From NCBI GenBank assembly GCA_040386535.1, contig JAZKFH010000055.1, positions 1 through 64,000 on the forward strand: a stretch of DNA of 64,000 bases, written 5' to 3'. The stretch comes from Myxococcota bacterium (GTDB lineage: Bacteria > Myxococcota_A > UBA796 > SXON01). The notes beneath the pieces were generated by a model, which was given only the letters and a program-made list of their open reading frames with translations, was not told where the DNA came from and searched no databases. Made by a program: the position numbers and the translations under genes. Of the stretch, positions 8,202 to 18,082 are shown one piece after another (positions within the stretch are counted from its first letter, which is position 1; each line of letters starts with the position of its first letter).

Positions 8202-8996
8202 ATGCTCGACTCCCTCACCCGCCACACCCTCCTCGTCCGCCCGTTGGACGTCGGTTGGGATCCAACATTCTCCGGGACGATCGTACGGTCGGTCCTCGGG
8301 AAGGCGCTTCACGAGCTCGCGTGCGATCGCGAATGCGTGGAGGAGTGTGCCCGGGGCCCTGGCTGTGCCTACCAGGACTACTTCGTTGCCGGGGGCGAGC
8401 CTCCTTGGCGTCTCGACGCATCCGCGCTCGACACGCCGCTCGCGCCCCGCGAGATCCGTCCGCTTTCGCTGGTGACCTGGCACCCCGGTGCCTCGGAGTC
8501 CCTCCTCGCCGCGCTCCGTCTCGCGCTCCCGCAGGGGCTGGGGCCGAGCGAAAATCGAGTCCGCTTTGCAGTTCAGGAGGAAACGTCGAGCGCGATCGAC
8601 CTCGTCGCGCGCGCCGGGGTGATCGCGGAGGGGGGCGTGCTCCGGCTGGTCACACCCACCTGGCTTCGGACGCCGACCTGGGACGACACACCCAACCCAA
8701 GCGACCTGTTCTCGGCGCTACGCGGTCGCTTGAAGCAGGCCGGCGCGATGAGTCCTGGTCTTCCCTGGGCTGAGCCCGAGCTGGCGGCCAGGCCGATCGG
8801 CGGGCGCTACGTCCAGCTCAAGCACCACTCCCAGGCCCAGCAACGCGACTACGAGGTTCGCGGATGGGTTGGGAGCTGGCGGATCCGCCCCACGCCCGCG
8901 CAGTCCGTCTGGCTCGCGCTTGCGGAGGCAATCGGGGTAGGGAAGGGGACGACCCGGGGGCAGGGGGTGATTCGGGTGGAGGCCGAGATCGCCTGA
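8202..8996 (+). CDS. cas6: Cas6 pre-crRNA processing endoribonuclease
   Basis: GTIVRSVLGKAL followed by a Cys cluster (C..C...C....CAY), LRLVTP, and the C-terminal Gly-rich loop IGVGKGTTRGQG. Confidence 0.9.
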   Translation: MLDSLTRHTLLVRPLDVGWDPTFSGTIVRSVLGKALHELACDRECVEECARGPGCAYQDYFVAGGEPPWRLDASALDTPLAPREIRPLSLVTWHPGASESLLAALRLALPQGLGPSENRVRFAVQEETSSAIDLVARAGVIAEGGVLRLVTPTWLRTPTWDDTPNPSDLFSALRGRLKQAGAMSPGLPWAEPELAARPIGGRYVQLKHHSQAQQRDYEVRGWVGSWRIRPTPAQSVWLALAEAIGVGKGTTRGQGVIRVEAEIA

Positions 8997-9109
8997 CGGG
9001 TTGGGTCACTGTCCGGAAGAGGCTCGTGGGCGCGTCTCGTCGGGGAGACCGAGAACCGCGAGCCCGGTGCTACCCTCCCGCGGCTCCGACCCCTGCTCCG
9101 GAAGGACCC

Positions 9110-12100
9110 CTGCACCTCACCGTCGCCCCCCACCTGCCGCCGCTCCTCGAGCACCTCGCGGCGCGGGTGCGCGTGCCGCTCTCGTCGCCGTTCGTGGCGG
9201 AGCACGTCGTGGTGCCGGCGCGGGCCACGTCCCACTGGCTGGCCGCCGCGCTGTCCGACCGCCTCGGCGTGTGGGCCAACCACTCCGTGTACACGCCGGC
9301 CGGGCTGCTCGAGGCGCTGGGCGGAGAAAGCGCCGCCACACCCGGTACGTGGGCGATCGTGGGCGCGCTGCGCAAACTCCCCGCCGCCGTCGGCGCGGAC
9401 GGGCCCGCCGGCTACGTGGCCGACGATGCCGACGGGCTGCGCACGGTGCAGCTCGCGGGCCGGGTCGCAGCCTTGTTCGACCGGTACGCGCGCTGGCGTC
9501 CGGACATGCTGCGCCGTTGGCGGGCGGGAGACGGGCGGACGGGCGGCGAGACGGCAGGCGAGCGCTGGCAGGCGGCGCTCTGGCGGGAGGTGACCGCGGG
9601 CGGCGGCGACGTGCCGGCAGCGGTCGCCGACTTCGTCGCCAACGTGGAGCGGCAGGCCCTGCCCGAGCGGCTCTCGGTGTTCGCGGTCGACGTGCTCGCG
9701 CCGCTCGAGCTCGAGCTGCTGCACGCGGTGGCGGCCCGGATCGACGTGGCCGTGTACGCGCTGGACGACGCGCCGCTCGTCGCGGCCCTCGCGGCGTCTG
9801 GCGTGACGGTGGTGCGCCTCGACGGCCCCGCGGGTGCGGACACCGCGCTCCGACAGGCCCAACGCGGCGGCGTCATCGGCCAGGCCGACGCGAGCGTGCG
9901 CCTGCACGTGTGCCACAGCCCCCTGCGCGAGGTCGAGGTGCTCCGCGACGCGCTGCTCCAGCGCTTCGACGCGGACCCCACGCTGCAACCGGAGGACGTG
10001 CTCGTGCTCGCGCCCGACATGGATCTGTACGCGCCCGCCGTGCGCGGGGTGTTCGGGACCGCGGCGGACGTGTCCACCGGGCCCGGCGCCCGCGCGTGGT
10101 TCCCGGTGAGCCTCGCCGACAGCGCCTCGGCCGTCGACGCGCCCGGGATCGTGGCGTTCCAGCGGATCCTCGCGATCGTAGGCTCGCGGCGGGGACTCTC
10201 CGAGGTGGCGGATCTGTTCGCCACGGAGCCGGTGTACCGCCGCTTCGGCGTCGCCGACGGTGAGCTGCTCGCGGTGCGCGCCTGGCTCGTGGCGGCGGCG
10301 GTGCGCTGGGGGGAGGACGCGGCGTTCCGCGAGCGCTTCGACAACCCGCCGCTGCCGGAGACCACGTGGCGCTGGGGCCTCGATCGCCTGCTGCTCGGCT
10401 ACGCGATGGAGGGCGAGGGCACGCGCCTGTTCGGCGGCCTGCTCCCGGTCGACGGCATCGAGGGGCCGGGCGCCCAGCCGCTCGGCGCGCTCTGCACGTT
10501 CTGCGACACGCTGTTCACCCATCTCGCCAAGCTCGAGGCCCTCCGCCCGGCCTACGAATGGCCGTCGGTGCTGCTCGACGCGTACGACGCCCTGGTGGAC
10601 GCGCGCGGCCCGCACGCCCGCGCCCGCGCCGTGATCGTCCGCGTGCTCGACGGGATGGACGGCGACACCGTCGTGGGGCTCGCCGGGGTGCGCGCGTGGC
10701 TCGACGGTCGGATCGAGCTCACCGAGACCACTTCGGCGTTCTACGCGGGCGGCATCACCTTCGCCGCGCTCCGGGCCGGCCGGACGGTCCCCGCGCGCGT
10801 GGTGTGCCTGCTCGGCCTCGACCACGATCGGCTGCCCCGTGACCCCGCGCGCCTCGCGTTCGACCGCGTGGAGGTCGAGCCGCTCCCCGGCGACACCAAC
10901 CCGCGCACCGAGGACCGCCTCGCGTTCCGAGCGGCGGTGCGCGCGGCCGGCGAGCACCTGCACCTGTCCCACGTGGGGCACGACATCCGCAGCAACGCCG
11001 AGCGGCCCCCGTCCGTGCTCGTAGCGGAGCTGTTCGACGGCCTCGCCGCCGAGGCCCGCCGCGCCCTCACGATCACCCATCCCATGCAGCCGTTCAGCCC
11101 CGCCGCGTTCCGCGAGCCGCGACATCCGTCGTACAGCCGGCCCTGGCACGCGGGCGCTGTCGCGCTCACCGGCGAGAAGCTCACCGCCGCGTGCTTCTTC
11201 ACCGAGCCGCTCGCGCCGCCCGCGCCGGGAGAGCCCGTCGCCCTCGCCAGCCTGATCCACTTCTTCCGCAACCCCGCGGCCGCGCTGCTCCGGGCCCGCC
11301 TCGGGCTGGTGTTCGAGCAGGAGCCCGACGGGGTGGAGGACCGCGAGACGATGTCGCTCGACCGCCTCGCGTCCTACGCGGTGGGCGAGCGCCTCGTGAC
11401 GGCGCTCCTCGCGGGCGGCGACGTGGACACGCTGCGGCCGGTGCTCCTCGCCACGGGAACGCTCCCCCTCGGCACCCCCGGGGTGCGCGCCTACGACGAC
11501 ATCGCCGCCGTCGCGGCGACCATCGCCGCGTGCGCTCTCGCCTGTCCCGCGGGCCCCGCCCGCCCGGCGCTCGATGTCGACCTCGCGCTCGACGTGCCCT
11601 CGGTCGCGACGCCGGTGCACCTCGTCGGGCGGGTCGACGACACGCACGCCGCCGGCCTGCGCACGGTCACGTACGGGAGCCTCGTGGCGAAGCGCGCGCT
11701 CGCGTCGTGGATCCGGCACCTCGCCAACGTGGGCTCCGGCCATGCTTCGGCCAGCGCCTGGCTCGTCGGGCGCAAGGGCGGGAGCGCGGCGGTGGCGGCG
11801 TGGGGCCCGGTGCCGGAGGCCAGGACCCACCTCGCCACGCTGGTGGGGCTGTACCTCGACGGGCAATGCACGCCGCTCCCGTTCATGCCGGCGGCGTCGA
11901 TGGCCTACGTGGAGGCCCTCGACAAGGCCGAGGGGAAGGGCCTCGGGGACGCCGATGCGCACGAGTGTGCACGGGACGCCGCCCGCGGGGCGTGGGAGGG
12001 GGGATGGAGCAACAGCGGCGAGGGCGACGACCCCGCCGTTGCCCGGTGCTTCGACGCCACCGTCGTGGACCAGGCGTGCTTCCACGACACCGCGCTCGCC

Positions 12101-12142
12101 GTGTTCGGCCCGCTCGTGCGCCAGCGGAGGAACACGCCATGA
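9110..12142 (+). CDS. recC: Exodeoxyribonuclease V gamma subunit
   Basis: PFVAEHVVVP..WL, LFDRYARWRP, HVCHSPLREVEVLRD, TWRWGLDRLLLG, HPMQPFSP, FFRNP. Start uncertain; an in-frame CTG at 9110 follows a GGAAGG RBS. Confidence 0.92.
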   Translation: MHLTVAPHLPPLLEHLAARVRVPLSSPFVAEHVVVPARATSHWLAAALSDRLGVWANHSVYTPAGLLEALGGESAATPGTWAIVGALRKLPAAVGADGPAGYVADDADGLRTVQLAGRVAALFDRYARWRPDMLRRWRAGDGRTGGETAGERWQAALWREVTAGGGDVPAAVADFVANVERQALPERLSVFAVDVLAPLELELLHAVAARIDVAVYALDDAPLVAALAASGVTVVRLDGPAGADTALRQAQRGGVIGQADASVRLHVCHSPLREVEVLRDALLQRFDADPTLQPEDVLVLAPDMDLYAPAVRGVFGTAADVSTGPGARAWFPVSLADSASAVDAPGIVAFQRILAIVGSRRGLSEVADLFATEPVYRRFGVADGELLAVRAWLVAAAVRWGEDAAFRERFDNPPLPETTWRWGLDRLLLGYAMEGEGTRLFGGLLPVDGIEGPGAQPLGALCTFCDTLFTHLAKLEALRPAYEWPSVLLDAYDALVDARGPHARARAVIVRVLDGMDGDTVVGLAGVRAWLDGRIELTETTSAFYAGGITFAALRAGRTVPARVVCLLGLDHDRLPRDPARLAFDRVEVEPLPGDTNPRTEDRLAFRAAVRAAGEHLHLSHVGHDIRSNAERPPSVLVAELFDGLAAEARRALTITHPMQPFSPAAFREPRHPSYSRPWHAGAVALTGEKLTAACFFTEPLAPPAPGEPVALASLIHFFRNPAAALLRARLGLVFEQEPDGVEDRETMSLDRLASYAVGERLVTALLAGGDVDTLRPVLLATGTLPLGTPGVRAYDDIAAVAATIAACALACPAGPARPALDVDLALDVPSVATPVHLVGRVDDTHAAGLRTVTYGSLVAKRALASWIRHLANVGSGHASASAWLVGRKGGSAAVAAWGPVPEARTHLATLVGLYLDGQCTPLPFMPAASMAYVEALDKAEGKGLGDADAHECARDAARGAWEGGWSNSGEGDDPAVARCFDATVVDQACFHDTALAVFGPLVRQRRNTP

Positions 12143-15100
12143 GCACCGCCACCCCCTTCGACGTCCTCGCCCACCCGCTCGGCGGCGCCCACCTCGTCGA
12201 GGCCAGCGCCGGCACGGGCAAGACCTACAACATCACCACGCTCGTGGTGCGGCTCCTGCTCGAGACCGGGCTCCGCATCGACCAGATCCTCGTCGTAACG
12301 TTCACCAAGGCCGCCACCGCCGAGCTCACCGGGCGGGTGCGGGCGCGGCTGGCGCAGGCGCTCGCGGCGTTCCGGGCGGGCGCGAGCTCGGACCCCACGC
12401 TCGCGGCCCTCGTCGTGAAGCACGCGCGCGCGGACGCCGAGCCCCGCCTCGCCGCGGCCGTGCGCGACTTCGATCAAGCGGCGATCTACACCATCCACAG
12501 CTTCTGCCAGCGGGCGCTCGTGTCGTTCGCGTTCGAGTCCGGCGAGCCCTTCGCCTTCACGTTCCTCGAATCGGCGGGTGACCTGTACCGCGAGCTCGGG
12601 CTCGACTTCTGGGCGAAGACCGCGTACCCCGCCGAGCGCGCCTGGCTCGACGCCATGGAGGACGTGTACGGCGGCCCGGGCGCCCTCGACGACCTCGCGA
12701 AGAAGGCGGCGGAGCGCCCCGATCTGGACCTGCTCCCGGTGACTGGGCGGGCACCGTTGGAGTGCTCCCCGGAGGCGCTGCGCGTCCGCTTCGACGCCGC
12801 CGCGGCGCTCTGGCGGAGCGACCGGGCCGCGATCGTGGCGCTCGTCGACTGCGGCGCCGGGGTGCTCAAGGTGGCCTACAAGCCGGAGTGTGTCGCTCCA
12901 GTGATCGTCGCTTTCGAGGCCTTGTTCTCGGCCTCCATGCCCGCGGTGCCCCACATGCCCGCGGGGAGCCACCTGTTCCTCCCCGAGACCCTCGCCGCCG
13001 CCACCAAGGTGAAAAAGGTCACGCCTTCCCACCCGTTCTTCACGGCGTGGGCGGCGTGGGCGGCGGCGGCGCGGGCGTGGAGGGTGCACACCACCATCGA
13101 GCTGCAGCGGACGTTCCACACCCACGCCGGCGAGACGCTCGAGCGATGGAAACAGGCGCGGAACGAACGCACCTACGGCGACCTGCTCGTCCGCCTCTCC
13201 CGCGCGTTGGCGGGCCCCCGCGGCGCCGGGCTCGCGGACGCGATGTTCGCCCGGTTCCCCGCCGCGCTGATCGACGAGTTCCAGGACACCGATCCGGTGC
13301 AGTTCTCGGTGTTCCGCCGGGTGTACGCGGCGGGCCGCGGCTCGCTCTTCCTCATCGGGGATCCGAAGCAGGCCATCTTCGCGTTCCGCGGCGGCGACAT
13401 CTACGCCTACCTCGGCGCCGTCAAGGACACGCGGCACGCCACGCTCGACACCAACTTCCGCTCGGACCCCACGCTCGTCGCCGCCGTGGCGACGCTCTAC
13501 TCGGGCGGGCCCAACCCCTTCCTCGAAGACCGCATCCCCTTCCTCCCCGTGAAGGCCGCGCACGGCGTCCGCATCGCCGGGCCGACCGCCGCCCCCGCGC
13601 CGCTCCAGCTGCGAATGCTTCGGCAGGCGGGCAAGGGCAAGCAGGACGCGATCACGTCGGGGTGGGCCACCCACCACCTCCCCGCCCTCGTCGCCGGCGA
13701 CATCGTGGCCTTCCTCGCCTCGGACGCGCGCATCGAGCGCAAGGACCCCGTCACCGGCGCGTTGTCGTGGACGGGGCCGCGTCCGTCCGACGTGGCGGTG
13801 CTGGTGCGCAAGAACGTGGATGCCATGCGGATGCAGGCCGCGCTGCGTCACCTCGGCGTTCACAGCGTCGTCTCCACCGAGGACTCGGTGTTCCAGAGCG
13901 CCGAGAGCGGCGAGCTGTGGACGGTGCTGCAGGCGGTGCTGTCTCCCGCGTCCGACCGCCACCTCCGCGCGGCGGCGGCGACATCGCTCCTCGCGGTGGG
14001 TGCGTCCGAGCTCGGCCGCCTCGTCGAGGACGACGCCGCCTGGGCCGCCTGGGCGGGGCGCTTCCAGGAGTGGCGCGACACCTGGCAGGCGCGCGGCTTC
14101 GCCCCTCTGCTCCGCGAGCTGCTCGCGGCCGAGATCTCTGTCGGGGCGGGCACGGTGCAGGGGCGCCTCGTCGCCGCTCCCGGTGGCGAGCGGGCGATGA
14201 CGAACCTGCTTCACGTCGGGGAGCTGTTGCAACGCGAGGAGCAGCGGGCCTCGCTCGGGCCGGTCGGCGTGATGCGCTTTTTCGAGAATCGCCGCGCCGG
14301 CCGGGGCGAGAGCGCCGGCGACGAGGAGCTGCGGCTGGAGAGCGACGGGAACGCCGCGACGATCCTGACCGTTTTCAAGGCGAAGGGCCTACAGTTCGCC
14401 GCCGTGTGGCTCCCCTACGGGCACATCGCGTTTGGCGCCGACAAGGTGCGCCCGCTCTACCATCCCGCGCCCGACGAGCGCGCCACCGTCGACCTGGAAC
14501 CGGGCAAGTGGGAGGATCCGGCAACGGGCGCGGAAGTGGAGGCTGCTGCCCAGGAGCGTCGCATCCTCTACGTCGCGCTCACCCGCGCCGTGCATCGCCT
14601 GACCGTCTACTGGGGCGTGTGGTGGGACGGCGATCGGAGCGCGCTCGCGGCGCTCCTCCATCCGCCGGCCGGGCCCGCCGCCGCCGCGCCGGGCGCGCTG
14701 ATCCGCGACACCGTCGCGCGGCTCGAGAACCTCGATGAGGACGCGCGCATGGCGGAGCTGGAGGCGCTCGCGGTGTCCTCCGGGGGCACGATCGCGGCGA
14801 GCTGGGTGGACGAGGGGCCGGCCTCCGACTGGGCCGACGATCACGCCCCCTCCGAGCCGATGCGCCTCGCGACATTCACCGGCCGCGTGCGGACGGGCTG
14901 GCGGCGCACCTCGTATTCGGGCCTGATCCGCGGCCACGCGATCGCCATGCCGAGCGCCGCTGCAGATCACGACGACGAGCTGGACGAGATCGAGGGCGGG
15001 CCCGCGATGCCCGACCCGGCGGACAACGCCGCCGACGCCGCGCCCTGCCTCTTCACCGCCTTTCCCCGCGGCAAGAACGCCGGTACGGCGCTTCACGCCA

Positions 15101-15825
15101 TCTTCGAGCACGCGGACTTCACCCGCTCAGGCGCGGAGCTCCACGACCTAGTGGCCGAGCATCTCGCGCATGCGCGTTACGACGTTAGCGCGTTGACGGC
15201 CCCCACCGCCGCGGCGCTGCGGAGCGTGCTCGCCACCCCGCTCGGGGGCGGCCTGGGCGACTTCTCCCTCGGTCAGCTGCCCCGCGCCCGGCGCCTCGAC
15301 GAGCTCGCCTTCACCTTCCCCATCTCGGCGAGCGGCCCGACCGCGCCGAGCGTGACGAAGTCGGCCCTCTGCGCGCTCCTGGCCGCGCACGGGCGGCCGG
15401 ACCTGGCCCTGCGGGTCGGCAGCCTCGAATTCGCGCGGCTCCGCGGGCACCTCGGCGGGTTCGTCGACCTCGTGTTCGAGGCGCACGGCCGCTACTGGAT
15501 CGTCGACTACAAGTCGAACTTCCTCGGCGAGCGGCTCGGGCACTACACCCGCGCCCGAATGGAGGAGGAGATGCGACGGCACCTCTACGACCTGCAGTAC
15601 CTCGTGTACGCCGTGGCCCTGCACCGCTACCTCCGGCTGCGCGTGCCCGGGTACACCTTCGCCGAGCACTTCGGCGGGGTGCGCTACCTGTTCGTGCGCG
15701 GCATGACGCCGGCCACGGGGGCGGCGCGCGGCGTGCACGCGGACACGCCCACCGAGGCCCTGGTGACCGGGCTGGATGCCCTGCTGCGCGCCGGCGCGGC
15801 GCCCCGTGGTGGAGGTGCGGCGTGA
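12139..15825 (+). CDS. recB: Exodeoxyribonuclease V beta subunit
   Basis: EASAGTGKT, VTFTKAAT, IDEFQDTD, IGDPKQAIFAFRG, YVALTRA, nuclease GFVDLVF...IVDYKSN. ATGA overlap with recC. Confidence 0.96.
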   Translation: MSTATPFDVLAHPLGGAHLVEASAGTGKTYNITTLVVRLLLETGLRIDQILVVTFTKAATAELTGRVRARLAQALAAFRAGASSDPTLAALVVKHARADAEPRLAAAVRDFDQAAIYTIHSFCQRALVSFAFESGEPFAFTFLESAGDLYRELGLDFWAKTAYPAERAWLDAMEDVYGGPGALDDLAKKAAERPDLDLLPVTGRAPLECSPEALRVRFDAAAALWRSDRAAIVALVDCGAGVLKVAYKPECVAPVIVAFEALFSASMPAVPHMPAGSHLFLPETLAAATKVKKVTPSHPFFTAWAAWAAAARAWRVHTTIELQRTFHTHAGETLERWKQARNERTYGDLLVRLSRALAGPRGAGLADAMFARFPAALIDEFQDTDPVQFSVFRRVYAAGRGSLFLIGDPKQAIFAFRGGDIYAYLGAVKDTRHATLDTNFRSDPTLVAAVATLYSGGPNPFLEDRIPFLPVKAAHGVRIAGPTAAPAPLQLRMLRQAGKGKQDAITSGWATHHLPALVAGDIVAFLASDARIERKDPVTGALSWTGPRPSDVAVLVRKNVDAMRMQAALRHLGVHSVVSTEDSVFQSAESGELWTVLQAVLSPASDRHLRAAAATSLLAVGASELGRLVEDDAAWAAWAGRFQEWRDTWQARGFAPLLRELLAAEISVGAGTVQGRLVAAPGGERAMTNLLHVGELLQREEQRASLGPVGVMRFFENRRAGRGESAGDEELRLESDGNAATILTVFKAKGLQFAAVWLPYGHIAFGADKVRPLYHPAPDERATVDLEPGKWEDPATGAEVEAAAQERRILYVALTRAVHRLTVYWGVWWDGDRSALAALLHPPAGPAAAAPGALIRDTVARLENLDEDARMAELEALAVSSGGTIAASWVDEGPASDWADDHAPSEPMRLATFTGRVRTGWRRTSYSGLIRGHAIAMPSAAADHDDELDEIEGGPAMPDPADNAADAAPCLFTAFPRGKNAGTALHAIFEHADFTRSGAELHDLVAEHLAHARYDVSALTAPTAAALRSVLATPLGGGLGDFSLGQLPRARRLDELAFTFPISASGPTAPSVTKSALCALLAAHGRPDLALRVGSLEFARLRGHLGGFVDLVFEAHGRYWIVDYKSNFLGERLGHYTRARMEEEMRRHLYDLQYLVYAVALHRYLRLRVPGYTFAEHFGGVRYLFVRGMTPATGAARGVHADTPTEALVTGLDALLRAGAAPRGGGAA

Positions 15826-17735
15826 TCCCCGACCTCGAACGGCTGCACGACGCGGCGCGGATCGGCGCGCTCGATCTGCACTTCGCCAACCTCTGCGTGC
15901 GTCTCGGCGGCGCGGGGCTCGACGATGACGCCCGCGCGAGCCTCGCCGGCGCCGCGGCCCTCACGAGCGCGGCGACCGCGCGCGGCAACCTGTGCCTCGA
16001 GCTGGGGAGCGTCGCGGGCCACCCCGCCGCCGATCCGACGCCGGGTCGCCCAACCGAGGCGGAGACCGCCGATCCGAACGACGCGCCGGACCCGCTCGCC
16101 GGCTTGGTCTGGCCCGAACGGGACGCCTGGGTGTCGGCGCTGCGCCGCAGCCCGGTGGTGGGAGACGGCACCACGCCGACGCCGCTGGTGCTCGACGCGT
16201 CGGACCGGCTCTACCTGCATCGCTACTGGGAGCACGAGCAGCGGCTCATCCGCTGGATCGCCGCCCGCGCCGCCGAGGCGCCGCACACATTGGACGAGGC
16301 CTGGCTGTCCGCCCGTCTCGACGCGCTCTTCCCCCCCGAGGCCGGGGAGCGGCCGCCGCCCCACGAGGTGGACTGGCGCAAGCTCGCGGCCCTCGCCGTG
16401 CTCGGGCGCCGCTTCACCGTGATCTCCGGCGGGCCCGGCACCGGCAAGACCACAGCCGTGTTCAAGCTGCTCGCGCTGCTCGTGGAGCAGGGGCTCGCCG
16501 CGGGGCGGGCCCCGCGCATCGCTCTCGTCGCGCCGACCGGCAAGGCGGCCGCTCGGCTCGGCGAGTCGGTCGCCGCCCAGAGGGAGAAGCTCGCGCTCCC
16601 CGAGGCCGTGCGCGACGCGCTCCCGACGGAGGCGAGCACCCTCCACCGCCGCCTCGGCGCGTTCGGCACCGGCTTCCGCTACGGACCCGACAACCCCATC
16701 CCCTACGATGTCGTGGTGGTCGACGAAGCGTCGATGGTCGACGTGCCGCTGATGTCCCGGCTCCTTGCCGCGCTGGAGGACGGCGCGCGGCTGGTCCTGC
16801 TCGGCGACCGCGACCAGCTCGCGAGCGTGCAGGCCGGCGCCGCGCTCGGGGACATCTGTCGCCTCGCCCGCGCGCGCGGCTACTCCCCCGCGCTCGCCGA
16901 CCAGCTCCGCCGCGTCACCGGCGGCGTGCTCCCCGCCGACGAGGTGCGCACCGGGCCCACGGGCATCGGGGACACCGTGGTTCAGCTCCAGCGCAACTTC
17001 CGCTTCGCCGACAGCCCCGGCATCGGGGCCGTGGCCCGCCACACCATCGCCGGCGACGCCACCGCCGTGCTCACCGTCCTCGCCCACCCCACGTTTCCCG
17101 CCGTCACGCGGGTGGATCCCGGCGGAGCCAGGCAGCTCACCACCGCCGTCTGCGCGGCCGCGGAGGCCGGCTATCGCGCCTACCTCGGGGCCCCGACCGT
17201 CGAGGAGGCGCTCGACGCCTTCGCGCAGTTCCGCATCCTGTGTGCCCACCGCCGCGGCGCCGCGGGCGTGGAGGGCCTGAACCGGGCCATCGAGGCGCAC
17301 CTCGCGCGCGTCGGGCTCTTTCCCGAGGGCCGCGTGTGGTACCAGGGCCGCCCGGTGATGGTCACGCAAAACGACGCGGGCCAGCGCCTCTACAACGGCG
17401 ACGTCGGGCTCGCCTGGCCCGCCGCGGACGGCACCCTGCTCGTGCACTTCCCCGTGTCGAACGGCCCGCCCCGCACCTTCTCGCCCACGCGGCTGCCCGC
17501 CCACGAGACCGTGTACGCCATGACCGTGCACAAGAGCCAGGGCTCCGAGTTCGACCGCGTCCTGCTCGTGTTGCCCGAGGAGGTGTCACCGGTGCTCACC
17601 CGCGAGCTGCTCTACACAGGAGTCACCCGCGCGAAGACGGCGGTAGTGGTGCTCGGCTCCGCCGAAGTGGTTCGGGCGGCAGTGGAAGCGCGAGTGGAGC
17701 GGAGCTCGGGGTTGGAGGATGGGCTGGGGGGGTAG
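15822..17735 (+). CDS. recD: Exodeoxyribonuclease V alpha subunit
   Basis: LYLHRYW, SGGPGTGKT, APTGKAAARL, DEASMVD, GDRDQLASV, AMTVHKSQGSEF, YTGVTRA. GTGA overlap with recB. Confidence 0.96.
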   Translation: MIPDLERLHDAARIGALDLHFANLCVRLGGAGLDDDARASLAGAAALTSAATARGNLCLELGSVAGHPAADPTPGRPTEAETADPNDAPDPLAGLVWPERDAWVSALRRSPVVGDGTTPTPLVLDASDRLYLHRYWEHEQRLIRWIAARAAEAPHTLDEAWLSARLDALFPPEAGERPPPHEVDWRKLAALAVLGRRFTVISGGPGTGKTTAVFKLLALLVEQGLAAGRAPRIALVAPTGKAAARLGESVAAQREKLALPEAVRDALPTEASTLHRRLGAFGTGFRYGPDNPIPYDVVVVDEASMVDVPLMSRLLAALEDGARLVLLGDRDQLASVQAGAALGDICRLARARGYSPALADQLRRVTGGVLPADEVRTGPTGIGDTVVQLQRNFRFADSPGIGAVARHTIAGDATAVLTVLAHPTFPAVTRVDPGGARQLTTAVCAAAEAGYRAYLGAPTVEEALDAFAQFRILCAHRRGAAGVEGLNRAIEAHLARVGLFPEGRVWYQGRPVMVTQNDAGQRLYNGDVGLAWPAADGTLLVHFPVSNGPPRTFSPTRLPAHETVYAMTVHKSQGSEFDRVLLVLPEEVSPVLTRELLYTGVTRAKTAVVVLGSAEVVRAAVEARVERSSGLEDGLGG

Positions 17736-18082
17736 GGGAGGAGAGGCCAAGCGATCGCATGAAGCGACAGCGGGGCAGGCCTAAGCTCGCCCATCCGCCA
17801 CCTGGCACTGCCGAACCTGTCGTGGACAGGTGGGACGCCAAACCGTGCGTTCGTGCGTTGGGGGCCCTGGGCCGGTCCGAGGATGACGCGCGGGTGGAGG
17901 CCTGAGTTTCCACGGGGCTGTCCGATCGTCCGTCTCCCGTTCGTCTGTGAACCAACGGAGCGAGGGATGCCGGATCACAAGCGCTGGGTCGTGGCGCATT
18001 GGCCTGCGCTCTCGGACCTGGAGCCTGGGGCGCCGCTGCCAAGCCGTGTCATCCGCTCCACCACCCCACGTCCGGAGTCCGC

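Noticed and set aside
922..8996. CRISPR-associated transposon (CAST)
   Set aside because: No tnsB/tnsC/tniQ or effector genes; the element is tiny and interrupts the arrays rather than carrying them.
8849..17531. Long minus-strand ORFs opposite recCBD, and similar shadows at 23854-26559, 42973-46431 and 49517-51997
   Set aside because: Antisense shadows typical of high-GC coding DNA; no motifs, while the opposite strand has clear homology.
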